Assembly: GCA_964016885.1 (NCBI GenBank)
Contig: OZ024749.1
Coordinates: forward strand, 14,322,001 to 14,386,000
DNA length: 64,000 nt
Reading direction: 5' to 3'
Origin: Eledone cirrhosa
Taxonomy: Eukaryota
Part shown: positions 1 to 14,355 of the stretch, piece by piece
How the letters are laid out: each line of letters opens with the position of its first letter
How positions within the stretch are numbered: position 1 is the first letter of the stretch
The notes under the pieces: generated by a model
The model's database searches: none
Told to the model about the DNA's origin: nothing
What the model saw: only the letters and a program-made list of their open reading frames with translations
Program-made: the position numbers and the translations under genes

Positions 1-3000
1 TGGCACAGGTGTACCACATATACTATATGGCACAGGTCTGCCACACATACTATATGGCACAGGTCTGTCACACATACTATATGGCACAGGTGTACCACAT
101 ATACGATATGGCACAGGTGTACCACACATACTATATGGCACAGGTCTTCAACATATACTATATGGCACAGGTCTTCCACACATACTATATGGCACAGGTG
201 TACCACATATACTATATGGCACATGTGTACCACACATACTATATGGCACAGGTGTACCACACATACTATATGGCACAGGTCTTCCACACATACTATATGG
301 CACAGGTGTACCACACATACTATATGGCACAGGTCTGTCACACATGCTATATGGCACAGGTCTGCCACACATACTATATGGCACAGGTCTGCCACACATA
401 CTATATGGCACAGGTGTCCCACACATACTATATGGCACAGGTCTTCCACACATACAATATGGCACAGGTCTGTCACACATACTATATGGCACAGGTGTGC
501 CACACATACTATATGGTACAGATCTGCCACACATACTATATGGCACAGGTCTGCCACACATACTATATGGCACAGGTCTTCCAGACATACTATATGGCAC
601 AGGTCTGCCACACATACTATATGGCACAGGTCTTCCACACATACTATATGGCACAGGTCTGCCACACACACTATATGGCACATGTCTTCCACACATACTA
701 TATGGCACAGGTCTGCCACACATACTATATGGCACAGGTGTGCCAAACATACTATATGGCACAGGTCTGCCACACATACTACATGGCACATGTGTGCCAC
801 ACATACTATATGGCACAGGTCTGTCACACATACTTTATGGCACAGGTGTCCCACACATACTATATGGCACAGGTCTTCCACACATACTATATGGCACAGG
901 TGTCCCACACATACTATATGGCACAGGTCTGTCACACATACTATATGGCACAGGTCTTCCACACATACTATATGGCACAGGTCTTCCACACATACTATAT
1001 GGCACAGGTCTGCCACACATACTATATGGCACATGTCTTCCACACATACTATATGGCACAGGTCTGTCACACATACTATATGGCACAGGTCTGTCACACA
1101 TGCTATATGGCACAGGTCTTCCACACATACTATATGGCACAGGTGTGCCACACATACTATATGGCACAGGTCTGTCACACATACTATATGGCACAGGTGT
1201 GCCACACATGCTATATGGCACAGGTCTGTCACACATACTATATGGCACAGGTGTCCCACACATACTATATGGCACAGGTGTCCCACACATACTATATGGC
1301 ACAGGTCTTCCACACATACTATATGGCACAGGTATGTCACACATACTATATGGCACAGGTCTGCCACACATACTATATGGCACAGGTGTCCCACACATAC
1401 TATATGGCACAGGTGTCCCACACATACTATATGGCACAGGTATTCCACACATACTATATGGCACAGGTGTACCACACATACTATATGGCACAGGTCTTCC
1501 ACACATACTATATGGCACAGGTCTTCCACACATACTATATGGCACAGGTGTCCCACACATACTATATGGCACAGGTCTGTCACACATACTATATGGCACA
1601 GGTCTGCCACACATACTATATGGCACAGGTGTACCACACATACTATATAGCACAGGTGTCCCACACATACTATATGGCACAGGTCTGCCACACATACTAT
1701 ATGGCACAGGTCTGTCACACATACTATAAGGCACAGGTGTCCCACACATACTATATGGCACAGGTGTCCCACACATACTATATGGCACAGGTCTTCCACA
1801 CATACTATATGGCACAGGTCTGTCACACATACTATATGGCACAGGTCTGTCACACATGCTATATGGCACAGGTCTTCCACACATACTATATGGCACAGGT
1901 GTGCCACACATACTATATGGCACAGGTCTGCCACACATACTATATGGCACAGGTGTGCCACACATACTATATGGCACAGGTCTGTCACACATACTATATG
2001 GCACAGGTGTCCCACACATACTATATGGCACAGGTGTCCCACACATACTATATGGCACAGGTCTTCCACACATACTATATGGCGCAGGTCTGTCACACAT
2101 ACTATATGGCACAGGTCTGTCACACATACTATATGGAACATGTGTGCCACACATACTATATGGCACAGGTCTGTCACACATACTATATGGCACAGGTCTG
2201 CCACACATACTATATGGCACATGTGTGCCACACATACTATATGGCACAGGTCTGTAACACATACTGTATGGCACAGGTCTGCCACACATACTATATGGCA
2301 CATGTGTCTCACACATACTATATGGCACAGGTGTCCCACATACTATATGGCACAGGTCTGCCACACATACTATATGGCACATGTCTTCCACACATACTAT
2401 ATGGCACAGGTGTACCACATATACTATATGGCACAGGTCTGCCACACATACTATTTGGCACAGGTCTGCCACACATACTATATGGCACAGGTGTACCACA
2501 TATACGATATGGCACCGGTGTACCACACATACTATATGGCACAGGTCTTCAACATATACTATATGGCACAGGTCTTCCACACATACTATATGGCACAGGT
2601 GTACCACATATACTATATGGCACATGTGTACCACACATACTATATGGCACAGGTGTACCACACATACTATATGGCACAGGTCTTCCACACATACTATATG
2701 GTACAGGTGTACCACACATACTATATGGCACAGGTCTGCCACACATACTATATGGCACAGGTCTTCCACACATACTATATGGCACAGGTCTGCCACACAC
2801 ACTATATGGCACATGTCTTCCACACATACTATATGGCACAGGTCTGCCACACATACTATATGGCACAGGTGTGCCAAACATACTATATGGCACAGGTCTG
2901 CCACACATACTACATGGCACATGTGTGCCACACATACTATATGGCACAGGTCTGTCACACATACTTTATGGCACAGGTGTCCCACACATAATATATGGCA

Positions 3001-6000
3001 CAGGTCTGCCACACATACTATATGGCACAGGTCTTCCACACATACTATATGGCACAGGTCTGCCACACACACTATATGGCACATGTCTTCCACACATACT
3101 ATATGGCACAGGTCTGTCACACATACTATATGGCACAGGTCTGCCACACATACTATATGGCACAGGTCTTCCACACATACTATATGGCACAGGTCTGCCA
3201 CACACACTATATGGAACATGTGTGCCACACATACTATATGGCACAGGTCTGTCACACATACTATATGGCACAGGTCTGCCACACATACTATATGGCACAT
3301 GTGTGCCACACATACTATATGGCACAGGTCTGTAACACATACTGTATGGCACAGGTCTGCCACACATACTATATGGCACATGTGTCTCACACATACTATA
3401 TGGCACAGGTGTCCCACATACTATATGGCACAGGTCTGCCACACATACTATATGGCACATGTCTTCCACACATACTATATGGCACAGGTGTACCACATAT
3501 ACTATATGGCACAGGTCTGCCACACATACTATTTGGCACAGGTCTGCCACACATACTATATGGCACAGGTGTGCCAAATATACTATATGGCACAGGTCTG
3601 CCACACATACTACATGGCACATGTGTGCCACACATACTATATGGCACAGGTCTGTCACACATACTTTATGGCACAGGTGTCCCACACATACTATATGGCA
3701 CAGGTCTTCCACACATACTATATGGCACAGGTGTCCCACACATACTATATGGCACAGGTCTGTCACACATACTATATGGCACAGGTCTTCCACACATACT
3801 ATATGGCACAGGTGTACCACACATACTATATGGCACAGGTCTGCCACACATACTATATGGCACAGGTGTGCCACACATACTATATGGCACAGGTCTGTCA
3901 CACATACTATATGGCACAGGTGTGCCACACATGCTATATGGCACAGGTCTGTCACACATACTATATGGCACAGGTGTCCCACACATACTATATGGCACAG
4001 GTGTCCCACACATACTATATGGCACAGGTCTTCCACACATACTATATGGCACAGGTATGTCACACATACTATATGGCACAGGTCTGCCACACATACTATA
4101 TGGCACAGGTGTCCCACATACTATATGGCACAGGTCTGCCACACATACTATATGGCACATGTCTTCCACACATACTATATGGCACAGGTCTTCCACACAT
4201 ACTATATGGCACAGGTGTACCACATATACTATATGGCACAGGTCTGCCACACATACTATATGGCACAGGTCTGTCACACATACTATATGGCACAGGTGTA
4301 CCACATATACGATATGGCACAGGTGTACCACACATACTATATGGCACAGGTCTTCAACATATACTATATGGCACAGGTCTTCCACACATACTATATGGCA
4401 CAGGTGTACCACATATACTATATGGCACATGTGTACCACACATACTATATGGCACAGGTGTACCACACATACTATATGGCACAGGTCTTCCACACATACT
4501 ATATGGCACAGGTGTACCACACATACTATATGGCACAGGTCTGTCACACATGCTATATGGCACAGGTCTGCCACACATACTATATGGCACAGGTCTGCCA
4601 CACATACTATATGGCACAGGTGTCCCACACATACTATATGGCACAGGTCTTCCACACATATAATATGGCACAGGTCTGTCACACATACTATATGGCACAG
4701 GTGTGCCACACATACTATATGGTACAGATCTGCCACACATACTATATGGCACAGGTCTGCCACACATACTATATGGCACAGGTCTTCCAGACATACTATA
4801 TGGCACAGGTCTGCCACACATACTATATGGCACAGGTCTTCCACACATACTATATGGCACAGGTCTGCCACACACACTATATGGCACATGTCTTCCACAC
4901 ATACTATATGGCACAGGTCTGCCACACATACTATATGGCACAGGTGTGCCAAACATACTATATGGCACAGGTCTGCCACACATACTACATGGCACATGTG
5001 TGCCACACATACTATATGGCACAGGTCTGTCACACATACTTTATGGCACAGGTGTCCCACACATACTATATGGCACAGGTCTTCCACACATACTATATGG
5101 CACAGGTGTCCCACACATACTATATGGCACAGGTCTGTCACACATACTATATGGCACAGGTCTTCCACACATACTATATGGCACAGGTCTTCCACACATA
5201 CTATATGGCACAGGTCTGCCACACATACTATATGGCACATGTCTTCCACACATACTATATGGCACAGGTCTGTCACACATACTATATGGCACAGGTCTGT
5301 CACACATGCTATATGGCACAGGTCTTCCACACATACTATATGGCACAGGTGTGCCACACATACTATATGGCACAGGTCTGTCACACATACTATATGGCAC
5401 AGGTGTGCCACACATGCTATATGGCACAGGTCTGTCACACATACTATATGGCACAGGTGTCCCACACATACTATATGGCACAGGTGTCCCACACATACTA
5501 TATGGCACAGGTCTTCCACACATACTATATGGCACAGGTATGTCACACATACTATATGGCACAGGTCTGCCACACATACTATATGGCACAGGTGTCCCAC
5601 ACATACTATATGGCACAGGTGTCCCACACATACTATATGGCACAGGTATTCCACACATACTATATGGCACAGGTGTACCACACATACTATATGGCACAGG
5701 TCTTCCACACATACTATATGGCACAGGTCTTCCACACATACTATATGGCACAGGTGTCCCACACATACTATATGGCACAGGTCTGTCACACATACTATAT
5801 GGCACAGGTCTGCCACACATACTATATGGCACAGGTGTACCACACATACTATATAGCACAGGTGTCCCACACATACTATATGGCACAGGTCTGCCACACA
5901 TACTATATGGCACAGGTCTGTCACACATACTATAAGGCACAGGTGTCCCACACATACTATATGGCACAGGTGTCCCACACATACTATATGGCACAGGTCT

Positions 6001-9000
6001 TCCACACATACTATATGGCACAGGTCTGTCACACATACTATATGGCACAGGTCTGTCACACATGCTATATGGCACAGGTCTTCCACACATACTATATGGC
6101 ACAGGTGTGCCACACATACTATATGGCACAGGTCTGCCACACATACTATATGGCACAGGTGTGCCACACATACTATATGGCACAGGTCTGTCACACATAC
6201 TATATGGCACAGGTGTCCCACACATACTATATGGCACAGGTGTCCCACACATACTATATGGCACAGGTCTTCCACACATACTATATGGCGCAGGTCTGTC
6301 ACACATACTATATGGCACAGGTCTGTCACACATACTATATGGAACATGTGTGCCACACATACTATATGGCACAGGTCTGTCACACATACTATATGGCACA
6401 GGTCTGCCACACATACTATATGGCACATGTGTGCCACACATACTATATGGCACAGGTCTGTAACACATACTGTATGGCACAGGTCTGCCACACATACTAT
6501 ATGGCACATGTGTCTCACACATACTATATGGCACAGGTGTCCCACATACTATATGGCACAGGTCTGCCACACATACTATATGGCACATGTCTTCCACACA
6601 TACTATATGGCACAGGTGTACCACATATACTATATGGCACAGGTCTGCCACACATACTATTTGGCACAGGTCTGCCACACATACTATATGGCACAGGTGT
6701 ACCACATATACGATATGGCACCGGTGTACCACACATACTATATGGCACAGGTCTTCAACATATACTATATGGCACAGGTCTTCCACACATACTATATGGC
6801 ACAGGTGTACCACATATACTATATGGCACATGTGTACCACACATACTATATGGCACAGGTGTACCACACATACTATATGGCACAGGTCTTCCACACATAC
6901 TATATGGTACAGGTGTACCACACATACTATATGGCACAGGTCTGCCACACATACTATATGGCACAGGTCTTCCACACATACTATATGGCACAGGTCTGCC
7001 ACACACACTATATGGCACATGTCTTCCACACATACTATATGGCACAGGTCTGCCACACATACTATATGGCACAGGTGTGCCAAACATACTATATGGCACA
7101 GGTCTGCCACACATACTACATGGCACATGTGTGCCACACATACTATATGGCACAGGTCTGTCACACATACTTTATGGCACAGGTGTCCCACACATAATAT
7201 ATGGCACAGGTCTGCCACACATACTATATGGCACAGGTCTTCCACACATACTATATGGCACAGGTCTGCCACACACACTATATGGCACATGTCTTCCACA
7301 CATACTATATGGCACAGGTCTGTCACACATACTATATGGCACAGGTCTGCCACACATACTATATGGCACAGGTCTTCCACACATACTATATGGCACAGGT
7401 CTGCCACACACACTATATGGAACATGTGTGCCACACATACTATATGGCACAGGTCTGTCACACATACTATATGGCACAGGTCTGCCACACATACTATATG
7501 GCACATGTGTGCCACACATACTATATGGCACAGGTCTGTAACACATACTGTATGGCACAGGTCTGCCACACATACTATATGGCACATGTGTCTCACACAT
7601 ACTATATGGCACAGGTGTCCCACATACTATATGGCACAGGTCTGCCACACATACTATATGGCACATGTCTTCCACACATACTATATGGCACAGGTGTACC
7701 ACATATACTATATGGCACAGGTCTGCCACACATACTATTTGGCACAGGTCTGCCACACATACTATATGGCACAGGTGTGCCAAATATACTATATGGCACA
7801 GGTCTGCCACACATACTACATGGCACATGTGTGCCACACATACTATATGGCACAGGTCTGTCACACATACTTTATGGCACAGGTGTCCCACACATACTAT
7901 ATGGCACAGGTCTTCCACACATACTATATGGCACAGGTGTCCCACACATACTATATGGCACAGGTCTGTCACACATACTATATGGCACAGGTCTTCCACA
8001 CATACTATATGGCACAGGTGTACCACACATACTATATGGCACAGGTCTGCCACACATACTATATGGCACAGGTGTGCCACACATACTATATGGCACAGGT
8101 CTGTCACACATACTATATGGCACAGGTGTGCCACACATGCTATATGGCACAGGTCTGTCACACATACTATATGGCACAGGTGTCCCACACATACTATATG
8201 GCACAGGTGTCCCACACATACTATATGGCACAGGTCTTCCACACATACTATATGGCACAGGTATGTCACACATACTATATGGCACAGGTCTGCCACACAT
8301 ACTATATGGCACAGGTGTCCCACATACTATATGGCACAGGTCTGCCACACATACTATATGGCACATGTCTTCCACACATACTATATGGCACAGGTCTTCC
8401 ACACATACTATATGGCACAGGTGTACCACATATACTATATGGCACAGGTCTGCCACACATACTATATGGCACAGGTCTGTCACACATACTATATGGCACA
8501 GGTGTACCACATATACGATATGGCACAGGTGTACCACACATACTATATGGCACAGGTCTTCAACATATACTATATGGCACAGGTCTTCCACACATACTAT
8601 ATGGCACAGGTGTACCACATATACTATATGGCACATGTGTACCACACATACTATATGGCACAGGTGTACCACACATACTATATGGCACAGGTCTTCCACA
8701 CATACTATATGGCACAGGTGTACCACACATACTATATGGCACAGGTCTGTCACACATGCTATATGGCACAGGTCTGCCACACATACTATATGGCACAGGT
8801 CTGCCACACATACTATATGGCACAGGTGTCCCACACATACTATATGGCACAGGTCTTCCACACATATAATATGGCACAGGTCTGTCACACATACTATATG
8901 GCACAGGTGTGCCACACATACTATATGGTACAGATCTGCCACACATACTATATGGCACAGGTCTGCCACACATACTATATGGCACAGGTCTTCCAGACAT

Positions 9001-11984
9001 ACTATATGGCACAGGTCTGCCACACATACTATATGGCACAGGTCTTCCACACATACTATATGGCACAGGTCTGCCACACACACTATATGGCACATGTCTT
9101 CCACACATACTATATGGCACAGGTCTGCCACACATACTATATGGCACAGGTGTGCCAAACATACTATATGGCACAGGTCTGCCACACATACTACATGGCA
9201 CATGTGTGCCACACATACTATATGGCACAGGTCTGTCACACATACTTTATGGCACAGGTGTCCCACACATACTATATGGCACAGGTCTTCCACACATACT
9301 ATATGGCACAGGTGTCCCACACATACTATATGGCACAGGTCTGTCACACATACTATATGGCACAGGTCTTCCACACATACTATATGGCACAGGTCTTCCA
9401 CACATACTATATGGCACAGGTCTGCCACACATACTATATGGCACATGTCTTCCACACATACTATATGGCACAGGTCTGTCACACATACTATATGGCACAG
9501 GTCTGTCACACATGCTATATGGCACAGGTCTTCCACACATACTATATGGCACAGGTGTGCCACACATACTATATGGCACAGGTCTGTCACACATACTATA
9601 TGGCACAGGTGTGCCACACATGCTATATGGCACAGGTCTGTCACACATACTATATGGCACAGGTGTCCCACACATACTATATGGCACAGGTGTCCCACAC
9701 ATACTATATGGCACAGGTCTTCCACACATACTATATGGCACAGGTATGTCACACATACTATATGGCACAGGTCTGCCACACATACTATATGGCACAGGTG
9801 TCCCACACATACTATATGGCACAGGTGTCCCACACATACTATATGGCACAGGTATTCCACACATACTATATGGCACAGGTGTACCACACATACTATATGG
9901 CACAGGTCTTCCACACATACTATATGGCACAGGTCTTCCACACATACTATATGGCACAGGTGTCCCACACATACTATATGGCACAGGTCTGTCACACATA
10001 CTATATGGCACAGGTCTGCCACACATACTATATGGCACAGGTGTACCACACATACTATATAGCACAGGTGTCCCACACATACTATATGGCACAGGTCTGC
10101 CACACATACTATATGGCACAGGTCTGTCACACATACTATAAGGCACAGGTGTCCCACACATACTATATGGCACAGGTGTCCCACACATACTATATGGCAC
10201 AGGTCTTCCACACATACTATATGGCACAGGTCTGTCACACATACTATATGGCACAGGTCTGTCACACATGCTATATGGCACAGGTCTTCCACACATACTA
10301 TATGGCACAGGTGTGCCACACATACTATATGGCACAGGTCTGCCACACATACTATATGGCACAGGTGTGCCACACATACTATATGGCACAGGTCTGTCAC
10401 ACATACTATATGGCACAGGTGTCCCACACATACTATATGGCACAGGTGTCCCACACATACTATATGGCACAGGTCTTCCACACATACTATATGGCGCAGG
10501 TCTGTCACACATACTATATGGCACAGGTCTGTCACACATACTATATGGAACATGTGTGCCACACATACTATATGGCACAGGTCTGTCACACATACTATAT
10601 GGCACAGGTCTGCCACACATACTATATGGCACATGTGTGCCACACATACTATATGGCACAGGTCTGTAACACATACTGTATGGCACAGGTCTGCCACACA
10701 TACTATATGGCACATGTGTCTCACACATACTATATGGCACAGGTGTCCCACATACTATATGGCACAGGTCTGCCACACATACTATATGGCACATGTCTTC
10801 CACACATACTATATGGCACAGGTGTACCACATATACTATATGGCACAGGTCTGCCACACATACTATTTGGCACAGGTCTGCCACACATACTATATGGCAC
10901 AGGTGTACCACATATACGATATGGCACCGGTGTACCACACATACTATATGGCACAGGTCTTCAACATATACTATATGGCACAGGTCTTCCACACATACTA
11001 TATGGCACAGGTGTACCACATATACTATATGGCACATGTGTACCACACATACTATATGGCACAGGTGTACCACACATACTATATGGCACAGGTCTTCCAC
11101 ACATACTATATGGTACAGGTGTACCACACATACTATATGGCACAGGTCTGCCACACATACTATATGGCACAGGTCTTCCACACATACTATATGGCACAGG
11201 TCTGCCACACACACTATATGGCACATGTCTTCCACACATACTATATGGCACAGGTCTGCCACACATACTATATGGCACAGGTGTGCCAAACATACTATAT
11301 GGCACAGGTCTGCCACACATACTACATGGCACATGTGTGCCACACATACTATATGGCACAGGTCTGTCACACATACTTTATGGCACAGGTGTCCCACACA
11401 TAATATATGGCACAGGTCTGCCACACATACTATATGGCACAGGTCTTCCACACATACTATATGGCACAGGTCTGCCACACACACTATATGGCACATGTCT
11501 TCCACACATACTATATGGCACAGGTCTGTCACACATACTATATGGCACAGGTCTGCCACACATACTATATGGCACAGGTCTTCCACACATACTATATGGC
11601 ACAGGTCTGCCACACACACTATATGGAACATGTGTGCCACACATACTATATGGCACAGGTCTGTCACACATACTATATGGCACAGGTCTGCCACACATAC
11701 TATATGGCACATGTGTGCCACACATACTATATGGCACAGGTCTGTAACACATACTGTATGGCACAGGTCTGCCACACATACTATATGGCACATGTGTCTC
11801 ACACATACTATATGGCACAGGTGTCCCACATACTATATGGCACAGGTCTGCCACACATACTATATGGCACATGTCTTCCACACATACTATATGGCACAGG
11901 TGTACCACATATACTATATGGCACAGGTCTGCCACACATACTATTTGGCACAGGTCTGCCACACATACTATATGGCACAGGTGT
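1..11984. repeat. HOR-1: 4206-bp higher-order repeat (156 monomers, three of them 25 bp; 156x27-6), about 2.85 copies visible
   Basis: Rare markers recur at exactly +4206: AGATCT at 520/4726/8932 and ACCGGT at 2514/6720/10926. ORFs start at 148/4354/8560 and 2140/6346/10552. The period breaks at about 11985 (GTGTACCACATATACG instead of GTGTGCCAAATATAC). Confidence 0.95.
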
Positions 11985-12480
11985 ACCACATATACGATAT
12001 GGCACCGGTGTACCACACATACTATATGGCACAGGTCTTCAACATATACTATATGGCACAGGTCTTCCACACATACTATATGGCACAGGTGTACCACATA
12101 TACTATATGGCACATGTGTACCACACATACTATATGGCACAGGTGTACCACACATACTATATGGCACAGGTCTTCCACACATACTATATGGTACAGGTGT
12201 ACCACACATACTATATGGCACAGGTCTGCCACACATACTATATGGCACAGGTCTTCCACACATACTATATGGCACAGGTCTGCCACACACACTATATGGC
12301 ACATGTCTTCCACACATACTATATGGCACAGGTCTGCCACACATACTATATGGCACAGGTGTGCCAAACATACTATATGGCACAGGTCTGCCACACATAC
12401 TACATGGCACATGTGTGCCACACATACTATATGGCACAGGTCTGTCACACATACTTTATGGCACAGGTGTCCCACACATA
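10541..12480. repeat. 1078-bp (40-monomer, 40x27-2) tandem sub-duplication
   Basis: ACCGGT at 10926 and 12004. ORF pairs 10730/11808 and 10961/12039. The same offset occurs inside HOR-1 (25-bp monomers at 2323 and 3401). Confidence 0.88.
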
Positions 12481-14355
12481 CTATATGGCACAGGTCTTCC
12501 ACACATACTATATGGCACAGGTGTCCCACACATACTATATGGCACAGGTCTGTCACACATACTATATGGCACAGGTCTTCCACACATACTATATGGCACA
12601 GGTCTTCCACACATACTATATGGCACAGGTCTGCCACACATACTATATGGCACATGTCTTCCACACATACTATATGGCACAGGTCTGTCACACATACTAT
12701 ATGGCACAGGTCTGTCACACATGCTATATGGCACAGGTCTTCCACACATACTATATGGCACAGGTGTGCCACACATACTATATGGCACAGGTCTGTCACA
12801 CATACTATATGGCACAGGTGTGCCACACATGCTATATGGCACAGGTCTGTCACACATACTATATGGCACAGGTGTCCCACACATACTATATGGCACAGGT
12901 GTCCCACACATACTATATGGCACAGGTCTTCCACACATACTATATGGCACAGGTATGTCACACATACTATATGGCACAGGTCTGCCACACATACTATATG
13001 GCACAGGTGTCCCACACATACTATATGGCACAGGTGTCCCACACATACTATATGGCACAGGTATTCCACACATACTATATGGCACAGGTGTACCACACAT
13101 ACTATATGGCACAGGTCTTCCACACATACTATATGGCACAGGTCTTCCACACATACTATATGGCACAGGTGTCCCACACATACTATATGGCACAGGTCTG
13201 TCACACATACTATATGGCACAGGTCTGCCACACATACTATATGGCACAGGTGTACCACACATACTATATAGCACAGGTGTCCCACACATACTATATGGCA
13301 CAGGTCTGCCACACATACTATATGGCACAGGTCTGTCACACATACTATAAGGCACAGGTGTCCCACACATACTATATGGCACAGGTGTCCCACACATACT
13401 ATATGGCACAGGTCTTCCACACATACTATATGGCACAGGTCTGTCACACATACTATATGGCACAGGTCTGTCACACATGCTATATGGCACAGGTCTTCCA
13501 CACATACTATATGGCACAGGTGTGCCACACATACTATATGGCACAGGTCTGCCACACATACTATATGGCACAGGTGTGCCACACATACTATATGGCACAG
13601 GTCTGTCACACATACTATATGGCACAGGTGTCCCACACATACTATATGGCACAGGTGTCCCACACATACTATATGGCACAGGTCTTCCACACATACTATA
13701 TGGCGCAGGTCTGTCACACATACTATATGGCACAGGTCTGTCACACATACTATATGGAACATGTGTGCCACACATACTATATGGCACAGGTCTGTCACAC
13801 ATACTATATGGCACAGGTCTGCCACACATACTATATGGCACATGTGTGCCACACATACTATATGGCACAGGTCTGTAACACATACTGTATGGCACAGGTC
13901 TGCCACACATACTATATGGCACATGTGTCTCACACATACTATATGGCACAGGTGTCCCACATACTATATGGCACAGGTCTGCCACACATACTATATGGCA
14001 CATGTCTTCCACACATACTATATGGCACAGGTGTACCACATATACTATATGGCACAGGTCTGCCACACATACTATTTGGCACAGGTCTGCCACACATACT
14101 ATATGGCACAGGTGTACCACATATACGATATGGCACCGGTGTACCACACATACTATATGGCACAGGTCTTCAACATATACTATATGGCACAGGTCTTCCA
14201 CACATACTATATGGCACAGGTGTACCACATATACTATATGGCACATGTGTACCACACATACTATATGGCACAGGTGTACCACACATACTATATGGCACAG
14301 GTCTTCCACACATACTATATGGTACAGGTGTACCACACATACTATATGGCACAGG
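12215..14355. repeat. Copy of about 9006-11146 (offset 3209 = 1078+2131), a shortened last unit of the HOR-1 family
   Basis: ORF pairs 10268/13477, 10552/13761 and 10730/13939. ACCGGT at 14135 (2131 after 12004). Shared markers GGTATTCC, TATAAGG, GGCGCAGG, GGAACATG and TGTAAC. Confidence 0.88.

Noticed and set aside
28-42. Sigma-54 promoter-like TGGCAC...TGC in each monomer
   Set aside because: Spacing is GG-N9-GC rather than the required GG-N10-GC, and there is no bacterial gene context.
488-503. Full NFI palindrome
   Set aside because: NFI needs TTGGC-N5-GCCAA. Here TGGC and GCCA are 8 nt apart, so only half-sites are present.
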